A DNA stretch of 64,000 nt from Candidatus Latescibacterota bacterium (lineage in GTDB: Bacteria; Latescibacterota; UBA2968; UBA8231): positions 2,976,001 to 3,040,000 of the forward strand of contig CBDETY010000003.1 of assembly GCA_965243025.1 (NCBI GenBank). Direction: 5' to 3'. The position numbers and the translations under genes are program-made. Positions 40,370 through 50,876 of this stretch are shown here, one piece after another. How positions within the stretch are numbered: the first letter of the stretch is position 1; each line of letters starts with the position of its first letter. The notes under the pieces are model-generated. The model made no database searches. It was not told the DNA's origin and worked only from the letters and a program-made list of their open reading frames with translations.

Positions 40370-41032
40370 TTATTCTCCTTCAATTAGATTTTTCAGAGAT
40401 CCCAGTATAGCAGACTGGTGTTTCTCCCAGTCTCTAATGGCATCTTGGTAAGACTGAATATGGGGTAATCTTCCGTGGTGGACATTACATTCTGCGGATA
40501 ATACAGGTCTTTCAGTTTCTTTGTTGCCTTCGCGAGTTATCTGTATAGCTGGCTTTAGCTCTATGCCTCGATAGATATGGGGAAAGCCGGATGGGTAGAT
40601 AAGGTTTGCCTCCATTCCCAATAAATCCATACCTGAAATATGAGAAGAAAATTTTTCAATTATCCATTCCTTAGGATCTGTGACATCGATGTTTATCAAA
40701 CAGTTTAATCCCATATTCCCGTAAGTATTCAAAGAGAATTTTTCCAGATACTTGATAGCAACATCATGGACAAGGAAACTACCTTTTACTTCTCGTGTAG
40801 ATGAAAATTCCTGGGTTACATTCATGGATTCCTTATTAACTCCCCATCGAATTTCATTTTCGAATCCATAGAACGCGGCTTCCAATCCTGAAGTTCCACC
40901 AACTGCTTTCCAACTGCTATCAATAACCCCATTATCCAGCAAAAAATTTGGAGTGAATGTAGCCGGGCTATAGTTGCCCGAAATTACTACGCTTGCCCAT
41001 AAGAGACGGTAGGGTGATTTTTCAGAGGTCAT
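40370..41032 (-). CDS. Hypothetical protein, TIGR04255-like appearance
   Basis: AAAGGA RBS; SVVISGNYSPATFTPNFL, MGLN, CNVHH pattern; family is inference. Confidence 0.6.
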   Translation of the reverse strand: MTSEKSPYRLLWASVVISGNYSPATFTPNFLLDNGVIDSSWKAVGGTSGLEAAFYGFENEIRWGVNKESMNVTQEFSSTREVKGSFLVHDVAIKYLEKFSLNTYGNMGLNCLINIDVTDPKEWIIEKFSSHISGMDLLGMEANLIYPSGFPHIYRGIELKPAIQITREGNKETERPVLSAECNVHHGRLPHIQSYQDAIRDWEKHQSAILGSLKNLIEGE

Positions 41033-41412
41033 TTAGTGAATTCCTTTGGTGAGAATAAATGTATTTTGTTGCAATTCCGTTACAAACGGTAAACCAAGAA
41101 CTAGAGAGTGAAAAAGAATAGATCGTCCTTTTAGTGTTATACCACGAACCATGCCGAAATATCGGTATCATCCCGAAAATATGTTATCGGTCCCCCGACA
41201 GAGAGTGTATCCCTTTCCCTGAAACGGCGACCCGTTGGTGTGGCTGATGCAGTTCTGCAGTTTGGACGGCCAGATTCTCCGGGGGTCAGGGCTGACAGAA
41301 CTCGATATCTCCACCACGTGGGAAAAAATACCACCCCAACCCTGGGGTCGTCCTATTTGCGCAATGGGTGGATCGATTTCAGGGGCGCACTTCACACTGT
41401 TTCTTTTCGTAG

Positions 41413-44400
41413 TTAGGGTGAAAGGGCTACGTACGAGGGCTTCCTCTTTCCTTCTCCGAAATAGAGTGCCTTAAACCTTTCCATCTGCTTGATCCTATCG
41501 ATGAGTGACCGCTCTTGCCGGGAGTCCGAGACATTCCGGACAAGAAACTTCGCATCTGTATCAGTAGAACGAAGAACGAGATAGTTGGCAATGGCCGAAA
41601 AAACGGAGGTATCGAAGTCTCGCGCTTCCTGGGATGCCAATACTAACGAGATTCCGTACTTGCGGCACTCCTTTGCCATCGTTGGGATTAGTTTTAGTCG
41701 AGCGGCACGATGTGCTTCGTCGAAAACCAATGCATGAGTTATACGCTCTTGGATACCTCTGCGAAACATATCCTTGTACAACCCGTAGAACACCAGAAAG
41801 GCAAACGCCCGCTGCAAGGTTTCGTTTTGCGTCGTGTGAATACGGATTATAGTCGGCAGTTCTCCCTCCCACAGGCTTTCTTGCGACTCAACATCCGTAT
41901 TAAAAAACCCGTAGTCATCCAACTCGCCCAGACGCGCTAGTAACGTACGCAATTCTCGGTTCGGCTTGGGGTCGCCTCGCAGGATCTCCAGGAAACGCCT
42001 GAATTTCGGCTCCCGGATAGCTTCCTCGGAGCCCCACCCTATCTCTTCGAAGCTCTCCTTGATGGTCGTTCGAATTCGATCCTTTTGAATATCTCCCAAT
42101 TCCGGGTAAATGGCAGAGAATATGTCCCGCATTGCGCCTGCAACATCCAAATGCGCCATCCGAGATTCACGATCAATCACCTTCAACGGATTGAATCCCA
42201 GACCATCGAAGTCGACAAAGCGGACTTTTCCGACGGATTCTTGGAGTCTTTCGTCAATGTCCTGATGATAGGAAAAAATGACAGGTCGAATCCCGGTTGA
42301 AACCATCTGCTTGCAAAGGTTTACCAAGCAGGTTGTCTTTCCCATGCCCGGCAATCCTGCAATCAAAAGGTGTGGGTTCCCTTTCACTCCAAGACTCCAA
42401 CAGACCTCGGTGTTGGTTAGGGCCTCTTTCCCCAGATGGACAGCGGGTATTGGCGCGACCTTATCGGAGATAGAGCCATCTTGGTTGTCAACAGATCTCC
42501 CAACATCGTCCTTTTTTGGCATTCCGCCTTCGTTTGGCGCTTTGCTTTTGGCCTGATAGACCGTGTTTTCTTGACCAAAAAACCCGGGGCCAGAACCCTC
42601 TGAACTGAAATCGGAATCGGGCAGAAGACCAGGACCAAACAAGAAAATCTGGGTGTCCCATTCCTCTGGGGAGATTCTGAGCGGACGAATGCCGGCGTAC
42701 TCAGGACAAAACACCCACCCGCGATCTTCTCCCGGAACAGTGGGGACGAAAGCATAGTCTCCTCCTCTTTCAATCATGCGATCAATTTCCGAAACAAGAA
42801 CCGTATATTGTTCCACCGGTAAATAGTGTCTGTGCGCCTTGTCGGCATAGAATCGTAACACTCTACCTAACTTAGCACGGCGGATCGCCCTAAAAGGACC
42901 ACATATGTCCTCATGGCTGTACCAACGGCTCCACCTATTTCGAAGCGTTTGAGTTTGCCGATTGATCTGTTCAAGAATCTCTGGTGATCGTGCGTTACGC
43001 AAATGCCGACGGTACTTCACCTCGACAAATCGAAAACTTAGACCTTTCCTGGGAATCATGGTGACGTGGATTAAGTCCGGACGTGTACCTATTTCGCCTT
43101 CACCTACCTCAGCCAATGGTGGAAGTAACTCCCCAACGTCATCGACCGGGACGACAAACCCCTGCTCAAGCGAAACCCAGCACTCGCTATTGCCCGAGGC
43201 GCCCTGACAATTGGCGTGAGACACCGCCAAGGCAATCAGCTCCGATGTAGCGGGACTGTTGCCCGTTAGACGGATGGCGAGCCGCCCACTAAGCGCTTTC
43301 AGATGCTCCAAAAGGAATTCGGCGTTCCGGCGGCTGTGGCTCAACCCCATCTGGTCAAGGGCACCATCTAACAGATTCCGAACTTCATCCAGATTTGCGG
43401 TCGAAGTTATCAACTGGAGGCAGCCAAGATCCTCGCGCTCCGGGACGCAGTCGATGACATATGCGTCATAAATTTCCCGATTGTCCCGAGGCGAATCGAA
43501 GTATTCGATTCCGGCGTTCCGATCCAACGTTACAACCCAATCACATAGCCGGTGTAATTCCCGGAGGCTGTCGGCCTTCTCCCGGGTAATTTCCGTCTTC
43601 AATACTGGTAGATTCGTTACGGTACCAAGGTGCCGGGAAACCGCGCCATTAATGGCGTTTTGGAGCCGAATGAGCATTTCGGTGTGTGTCCGGCGTGATG
43701 GGTGCTTTTCACCTTCCGTTGCCTGGGGAGTAGCACTGATCCACAAGGGTGAAGGCCGGTTTGAGTAGAATCGTTCGAAGAAGGACATTAAACCGAAGGC
43801 GTAGTACGGTCCGGACCTGCGTGTTTCTTCATTCCCTGCGACAACGTGGGATTGGAAGGTGTCGAAGGCAATGGCGAGGTGCGCGGCCGAATTTGGGTCA
43901 GGCCGTTCCTTCCGAGCCCAACGCAACCGAGGCATGTTGACACCTCCCGGTAGGCTCAAGGATTCCAGCATCCATCGGTCTTCAGCAGAAAGAACACCTG
44001 CCCCGCTACGGCGTTTCTCTCTCGCCTCTGAGATAAATCGTCCCGCGACGCCTCGCTGTTCCTCCGACGGGTAGAGGTCTAAAGAAAATACTGGCGCGGG
44101 AATTGGTCGTTCCTCCGCGTCATCTTCGTCTTCTTGCCGGCGGTGTTCGTGAACGCGCCCTAGAGATCGGGCAACTGTCAACCCGTCTCCGGCACGGAGT
44201 GCATGAATGTGAAGCAACTGAGCAGTATCATGACAATCAAGGTATTTAATGATTTCGTTTCCCAACACCTTCGAACTCTGACTACCCACGGTTGGAGCCG
44301 TGTCATCACCTTCGCCATCCTGCAACGCCCGGGCGAGAATGGCCACCGCGGCCTTTGGTTCCTTGTCAATGTCCGGGACCATTCCCACGGCATGGAAGCC

Positions 44401-45759
44401 GAGGGTATCCGCGAAAACAAATGCGCCATCTGGAGGATTCGGAAGGAAATTCGGGTACATGGCGCCGTCGAGCCCAGCAAACTCGGCACGGATGTCTTTG
44501 GCCTTTTGCTCTAAATCAAAGGCAGCATGGAGAACAAGGTTGTCATATGCAGCTTGCCATGCTACACGCAGCGGATGGGAAGGTAAGACAATTAGACCAA
44601 TGGTTCGTCCGGAAAGGGACTGTATTTCGACCGTATTTACGAGACTGAACCCCGGCTCACCTTCCTCCAATAGCGCCGCCCAAGCCCGCATATACTCCTG
44701 TACTGTGCCAAAGTTCCCACCTGTTTCGTCATACACTTGGCCAACGCCTCCTCCCACACTAAAGCATTCGGCCATTCTACGACTTGCGGAAATAGCCCGC
44801 TTCCAGGCTTCACAATCCCTGCCTTGGAATGGAAGAAACTCCGCTGGGCCAGCGCGGTCTCCAGAGCCTCTTACCTTGACCTTCCACCTGCCCACTTCCC
44901 CCCGTCTACCAATCCACTGCTTTTCCAACTCGGAGATCAACGACGGCTGAAAAACTCGGAAACTCTTTCGTCTTCCCTTCTCTACTGGGGTGCGCAACAG
45001 AACAAAGCCTTTGGAATCGAGAGTCACAGATGGAACTGACGAAATCTTCGAAACGCTTTCCCGGCTTCCTAGTTCCGCAAGTCCTTCACTGAACGTCCGA
45101 ACTTTTGTGCCAACACCCCCGACGGCCTGATCTGGAGGTTCTCCGAAGCGGATAATAAACTCTTCGCTTTCTTGGCTTTCGATCACATCGTTTCCGACCA
45201 CTTCGACAACAATTTTGGCAGATAACAGTGCATCTTCCCCCAAGGAGGAAAAATCATCGTCGCTAAACCGGCATTTCTCCCCTCCTTTTCGTGCCGAGTG
45301 GGGGACATCTCGAACCACAAGTTCTTCGTCCATGTCTGTACGAACCATAACTCGGTATTCCGCGGCATTCTTCTCCAAATTGCCAGGATCGGTTTTCCAT
45401 CTGACCTCCAAAATCGAAAAACGACCAGTCTGATCCATTTCCGGCCTTAGTACAAAAGCAGGGGGCTCGTCCGCTTCCCCTTCCTCAATTAAACCGGACC
45501 ACTTGGCGATTGTTCCATTTCGATTTCTCCAAGACGTAAGTTCAATTCCTTGGATGGATTGCGCTGCGGGTTCAGTTCGAAGAGCCCCGATCCATAGAGC
45601 CTCATTTTTGGAAACATTCTTCAAAGCCATGAGAAGTGGCATTGTATCCACGGAATGAAGAAACCGCTCCAAATCCCCGCTGTTTTGCTCGGAACTCCGA
45701 TCCAGTCTTACCGACTCAATACGCGCTGATGGGGGTAGACTAGCCCCAGCGGTACCTAG
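41413..45759 (-). pseudogene. 5'-truncated DptH/MAD8-like nuclease-ATPase (PD-(D/E)xK plus HerA/FtsK-like ATPase)
   Basis: RPDLIHV...FVEVK nuclease motif; GLPGMGKT Walker A; LVFDEAH Walker B; RKYGISLVLASQ; the first ~33 codons of the listed ORF come from the IS end. Confidence 0.75.
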
Positions 45760-47316
45760 CAGGCCGTTGAAAATCCGGGTTATTCCGGAAACCCCGGACG
45801 TCGCGGATGTATGATTTCCTTTCCCAAGAAAATCGGTTATCAGGCTAAACATTCCCATTTATAGAAATGGTCCCGAAAAGGACAGCTCAACAATCGCAAA
45901 TAACCGAAAATTCGACCCAAAAGAGCGTTTGCGCGATCGGCAAAAGTCGAGAAAACCGATGCCAATCCATACAACCCTTTCGGCGTTCCCTTTCCGGTGA
46001 GCTTGCGCATCACCAGCCCGAGATTGAAGGCGCCGCCATGAATACACAGACGCTTGTAGATGTTGGTGTGGCCGCGCAGGTGAGTGCGGCGCATGCCTCC
46101 CGTTTCGTAGGTATGAGCGAAACTGCGCTCCACGTGCTCGGCGCGAAGCCGCTGCAGCCTCTTGCCGCGGTCTCCCCGTATACGCCGACGATTCGCATAC
46201 ACCGCCGTCTTGGCCGGCGCATCCTTCTTCCAGTTGCGCCGACCGCGATCCGGTTCGGCCACGTAGCTGCGGATCTCCGCCGTCCTCAGCATCTTCATCG
46301 TGTCATTGCTGTGATACCCCCGGTCCGCCACCACTTCGCTCAGCCTGATCTGCTCATCGACACCGACCTCTTTCAGGCTGCGGTCCGCCTGCACCAGACT
46401 CCACAGCAGCGACGCGGTATCCCCTTCATCGGCGCCGCACACCTGCAGGGCCACCAGCGCCTGCGTGTCCAGATCGACCGTATGTTCGGCCTTGTGGGCC
46501 ATATGCGTGCGGCCGTCTTTCATCCTGGTTATGCGGGCCTCCCGATCATGGGGATGCGCCCAGTCCCGGTTGGACGCCTTGTTGGCCCGCTTGCGGTCGA
46601 GCCGGGCCACCTCCTGCCGGGTCGGCTCCGGAATGCCTTCGGCCCGGGCCAACCCTTCCAGATACTCGCGGTAGCCCTGGCCCGTATCCCGGCGCACGAT
46701 GCTGCGCATCGCCGCGTTGGCCTCCAGCGTGGTGGCGTCCACCGCCACCGTCTTTCCCTGCAGCAGGTCCCGGTCGGACAACACCTTCAGCACCCAGTCG
46801 AAGACCGCTTCGTGCACCGCTTCGGGCAGGCGCTGACGAATACGCGACAGGCTCGAATGATCCGGGGTGGACTCGGTCAGGGCGTAGCCGAGAAAGCGAC
46901 GCAGAGCCAACGAATCGGCGACCCGCCAGGCAATGGCCCGCTCCGATCCCAGGCCTTCGAAATAGCCGATCATGAGCATGCGGAAATACACCCCGGGAGC
47001 AATACTGGGACGGCCCAACCTCTGGGCGTAATACGGGGCGCACTGCTCTTCTACAAAGGAATCAAACCCATGCTCTTCCAGCAGCCGGTTGAGTTGGGTG
47101 TAAAACGGATGGCTCGGGGTCTCGGGGAGGGTATGGGTCGGCACCCAGATCTCCTGCTGCTGACTTTTCCGACGTTTGCTCATCGACATCACCGGCCTCC
47201 TTGGGGCATCGGCTCGTTTTTCTTGGATCTTTCATAAATCTAGAAAAGGGCGGGTACGACGGGCAATCGTCTGAGGCTATGTTTTTATTAGGAAATAGGA
47301 CTTTTTCAACAGCCTG
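45760..47316 (-). mobile_element. Complete IS5/IS1182-type element, 1557 bp
   Basis: IRs CAGGCCGTTGAAAA / CAGGCTGTTGAAAA; CTAG on both sides (45756-45759, 47317-47320). Confidence 0.93.
45840..47192 (-). CDS. IS5/IS1182-type DDE transposase
   Basis: GRPSIAP, TPDHSSLSRIRQR, AVDAT, ADRGY, VERSF. Confidence 0.92.
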   Translation of the reverse strand: MMSMSKRRKSQQQEIWVPTHTLPETPSHPFYTQLNRLLEEHGFDSFVEEQCAPYYAQRLGRPSIAPGVYFRMLMIGYFEGLGSERAIAWRVADSLALRRFLGYALTESTPDHSSLSRIRQRLPEAVHEAVFDWVLKVLSDRDLLQGKTVAVDATTLEANAAMRSIVRRDTGQGYREYLEGLARAEGIPEPTRQEVARLDRKRANKASNRDWAHPHDREARITRMKDGRTHMAHKAEHTVDLDTQALVALQVCGADEGDTASLLWSLVQADRSLKEVGVDEQIRLSEVVADRGYHSNDTMKMLRTAEIRSYVAEPDRGRRNWKKDAPAKTAVYANRRRIRGDRGKRLQRLRAEHVERSFAHTYETGGMRRTHLRGHTNIYKRLCIHGGAFNLGLVMRKLTGKGTPKGLYGLASVFSTFADRANALLGRIFGYLRLLSCPFRDHFYKWECLA

Positions 47317-47320
47317 CTAG

Positions 47321-47702
47321 GGGGCTGGATCTGAACAACTTCTATGCCAGACATCAGCAACTCTCTCCGCAGATCGTACAAATGGTCGACCAAGCATTAT
47401 GCAGCGTCGAGTTAGGAGTTGAAATGCTGATCGCTGGCCCTAATGGGGGGAAAACTCATACCATTCATACGGTACTGAATCCTGGAACGATTCACGACAA
47501 TAGTGCAATCGGGCACGGCGCAATAGGGTCCGGCGCGCCACATGCTTTGTATTACCTCATTGAAAATTCATATGCACCGACATTGGCGAAAGAAAAGGTC
47601 ACTGAATTGGTGAAGCAGGCAAAAAAAAGAAGTGAGGTAGCTCCTGGGGTTGGGAAAGAGACAACCATCCTGGTATTACCCAGCGAAGGAGACGAAAAAT
47701 GA
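47321..47702 (+). pseudogene. 5'-truncated proteasome-subunit-like (Ntn-hydrolase) protein
   Basis: Frame is open from the IS boundary (GLDLNNFY...); MLIAG, GAIGSG, AKKRSEVAPGVG. Confidence 0.55.
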
Positions 47703-47887
47703 TTCAAGATACCATGAAGTCGTATAGCATGAAATGGGCTGAGGCGGAACGGGAACTGGCTGTTCGTAGGATCGTTCTCCCTACTTATCCAATCCAGCCC
47801 GAACATCCCGTAATTCAGAAGGAAGAAATCTACCTTCCGCAGATTCCGGATAAGCCATATCCCACTAATCTGCCACGGAATACGTAA
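47699..47887 (+). CDS. Small hypothetical protein (62 aa)
   Basis: ATGA overlap with the preceding gene; AAGGAG RBS. Confidence 0.45.
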   Translation: MIQDTMKSYSMKWAEAERELAVRRIVLPTYPIQPEHPVIQKEEIYLPQIPDKPYPTNLPRNT

Positions 47888-47899
47888 GAACGGGGCCTT

Positions 47900-48020
47900 C
47901 TTGTTTTCCCGTCAGTTTTTGCCACTGTAGCCTCCTTTCTGATCATTCCCCGCACCGCTTGGGCCATTTGTTCGACGGTGTCCTTTATTCCGGGTGTTGT
48001 GAGCCCGGAAAATCCATTTG
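47900..48020 (-). pseudogene. C-terminal relic of a second IS1595-family transposase
   Basis: FSG...KDTVEQMAQAVRGMIRK resembles the IS1595 C-terminus (compare DPEEKMKYLTARMRRKRL near 37.6 kb). Confidence 0.55.
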
Positions 48021-48266
48021 ACCCTGTACAGTGATGGCAATTCCCTGACACTCCCCTACTCGGGGTTTTTGTTGTTTCAGGCCGAGTTTTTCTCCCCCTG
48101 CTTTGCCCTTGTCTCGGGGCTTGGTAGTGAGCCCTTTCTTGAAATCCATATTATCACACCTGACCTCAGCATCTTCGAAGGAGCTTCGACACGAGGTACG
48201 AGGCTCTTGACGTACCGTGGGAATGCGCGTCGACATTAGATTAGAAGGTTGTAGAAAAGGCATTCC

Positions 48267-49721
48267 ATGAACCCGAAATACGCTAACTGGCAGGCTTACC
48301 AGGACGCGGTCGCCGCGGTCTTTAGAGACCTTGGCTGCAAGGCCGAGGTCGACAAGACCGTTCCTAGTGCACGCGGTCCTCAGAAGATCGATGTGTACGT
48401 GACGTTTCAGAAGTTCGGACACGAGTGCAGCTGGGTCATCGAATGCAAGCTGTGGTGTAGCCCTGTTCCCAAGGACGTCATCCATACGCTTTACACCAAG
48501 GTTCAGAACATTGGCGCCGACCGCGGACTGATTTTCAGCGAGAGCGGGTTTCAGTCAGGCGTACATGCTGCAGCCCAACACACCAACATTCTTCTTCAAG
48601 ACTCTCTCGAAGCGTTCATGAATACGGCACAGCTGCACCTAAACCGAATTCCACTTGTCCTCGAAGAATCGGATAAACCGGACGTTCCGCCGATCCACGC
48701 CTTTCCGGGCGGTTTCCAACCGCATCACCTCCTCGTACACGAAGGCCGCGTCTTCGTAGGCAATTGGGGCAAGCCACAGGCTGGAAACATCGCCATCGTC
48801 GATCCCGCCACCCGATCCATCGAGAGCATTATTGAACTCGACAAGTACGAAGCCGGAATCGCAACCGGGGGCGAACCACGCGTCCTACAACATCCTCCCG
48901 GAAAAATGGCGTGCGCTGGCGGCAAGCTCTTCGTCGGGCAGGTATTTTCGGACTTCGTTCTCGTTATCGATATCGAGACCCAATCGATCGTCAAACGAAT
49001 CTCAATCCCCGGTGGCGGAGAGGGTGCGATCGCATCTTCGACCGACGGCCGGCGTATCTACTTTGCGAGCAATCGGGTGAATCGCGCCTTCGTCATCGAT
49101 AGCGCAACCTACGAGTACGAGGCCATCGATTATCCCCCGAGGGGCCGCGGCTGTCTTTGTCTCCTTCCTCACCCAACCGAGCCCTTTCTCTATCTGGGCA
49201 TCCAGAGGGGTGGGAAATTGCTCGGCAAATCCTATCCAGGAAGCAATTGCTTCCTTGCCGTCTACGACTTCGTCCGGCGCCGGTATGTGGGAGATCTCTA
49301 CCTTGCCGAGGTCGAGAACAACCGTAGCGACAACTCGAGCCCAGTCTGCCTTACCTACGACGACGAACAACGATGCCTTTTTATCGGAATGTTTCAGTCC
49401 CTACGAGGTATCTGCCGTGTAGATGAACTCGGACAGCAAACTCTCAACGAGTTCCGTTTCGAGACCAATGCGAGAAACAAGGATTTTGGCTGGGTCGATC
49501 CGCTATCCCAAGCCCTCTTTTTCGACAAGCTCCTATCCGTTAACCGAAACAACCGTGAACTCGTCACACTAGACAAGCGCACGGGATGTATCGAACGCGC
49601 ACAATACCTCGGCGAGGCCCCGAACGGGCCGCATTCAGTCGTTGTCCTCGGTCATCTCGCGATCGTTAGCTATCCCGAGCGAGGAGGTCTCATCTTCCAG
49701 GACTTGGCCGGCGATGGCTGA
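48267..49721 (+). CDS. Mrr-like restriction endonuclease domain fused to a YncE/YVTN-like beta-propeller
   Basis: IDVYV...VIECK, GADRGLIFSESGFQSG; repeats IAIVDPATRSIE, VLVIDIETQSIV, AFVIDSATYE. Confidence 0.78.
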   Translation: MNPKYANWQAYQDAVAAVFRDLGCKAEVDKTVPSARGPQKIDVYVTFQKFGHECSWVIECKLWCSPVPKDVIHTLYTKVQNIGADRGLIFSESGFQSGVHAAAQHTNILLQDSLEAFMNTAQLHLNRIPLVLEESDKPDVPPIHAFPGGFQPHHLLVHEGRVFVGNWGKPQAGNIAIVDPATRSIESIIELDKYEAGIATGGEPRVLQHPPGKMACAGGKLFVGQVFSDFVLVIDIETQSIVKRISIPGGGEGAIASSTDGRRIYFASNRVNRAFVIDSATYEYEAIDYPPRGRGCLCLLPHPTEPFLYLGIQRGGKLLGKSYPGSNCFLAVYDFVRRRYVGDLYLAEVENNRSDNSSPVCLTYDDEQRCLFIGMFQSLRGICRVDELGQQTLNEFRFETNARNKDFGWVDPLSQALFFDKLLSVNRNNRELVTLDKRTGCIERAQYLGEAPNGPHSVVVLGHLAIVSYPERGGLIFQDLAGDG

Positions 49722-50392
49722 AGGGCACTTCGCCGTCGTTAAGCGAATACGCATAGGCGGGGTTTCGCCGACCGATAACGGTACCATGCACCCAAGTCCG
49801 CGAAATTGGAACCGGAAGGTCAACAGAGACGGCGGTCGGCGAGCGGATTTCCGGGGTCGAAAGCAAAATCGAAGGACCAGGCTGTTGGCGGGCTTGCCAC
49901 GTGGAACCACCCCGACAATGACCCCGCCCGAATAACTAAAGCCCGATCCTCGGACCGACTCCGTACCCCGCTCGAAGCGCTGAGAAGAACCGTCTGGGTG
50001 CTCATCTCCTACATGCTCCGAAGTGCGCTCTTGCCGTCGAGACACACCGCCGCTAGGTCGAAGCTTGGCAGGGGTCGCTTCTGGAATGCGGCCAGTTTGC
50101 GGATTCCCGCCGCAGACCTCGCAGTTCCGGGCAGCCGGCACCTCGACCCGCCGTTTCCGATCATCCAGGTGCACCGATCCCGACTGGCCACCCTCAGGGG
50201 TCCGGTTGGCCTGTGCCCTTTACCCGAGATGGGGAATACTGTGAAATTGTCAGCCAGCCGACATCCTCCAGCTCCCGCTTAAACAGGAAATCTGATGTCG
50301 TTCTCTCGGTTTTTTCTCTTCTCTATGGTTATACCAGATTATTCCTCTAATCGCGCTTCGGATCAGGCCCCCTCCCCCGGTCGTTCTCGCCC

Positions 50393-50573
50393 CAGCCTGT
50401 CAGCGGGGCTCCTGAATTCTCAGCGCCGGATCAGATGTCCAATTTTGGACGAATCGTGTGGCGGGTGCACTACCTCATCAGATCCCAAACCTTCCTCGGG
50501 ACGACCTGCGCGCCTTTCCCGTAACGGCGCGGCACCGGGTGAAACGGACCGGGCCGAAGACTTGCGGAGCTCC
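50393..50573 (+). repeat. ~180-bp dispersed repeat, copy 2
   Basis: Diverged homolog of the reverse complement of 27300-27492. Confidence 0.85.
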
Positions 50574-50876
50574 ACAACCTCACCTTTTGAAGGTAGCCCC
50601 CGTTCTGTCATGGCGGTGCTTATCCGAAGAACCCATACTTCCTTGTAATCCCACCGAGATTTTCGTACTCTTTCTCTCGCACCCATTTCTTGCGCAGGGT
50701 CCCGCATGTCGGGTTCTCTGCCTAATACAACAGCCAGCAGTCATGGCCAAAGGGTCGCTCCCTGAGGCTTGGCGAATAAGCAGGATCTTCCCGTCTCTCT
50801 GCGCAGGAAGGGTGCTGAACCCGGCTCCAAGGGCCGGAGCACCCTTCATTTCATTTTTCCACACGGAGAATGAAAA

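Noticed and set aside
41183-41192. GTTATCGGTC as the cassette start matching GACCGATAAC at 49768
   Set aside because: 8.6 kb apart with unrelated genes between; probably chance
45760-45858. Listed N-terminus of the 1481-aa ORF
   Set aside because: It lies inside the IS and is not the native start
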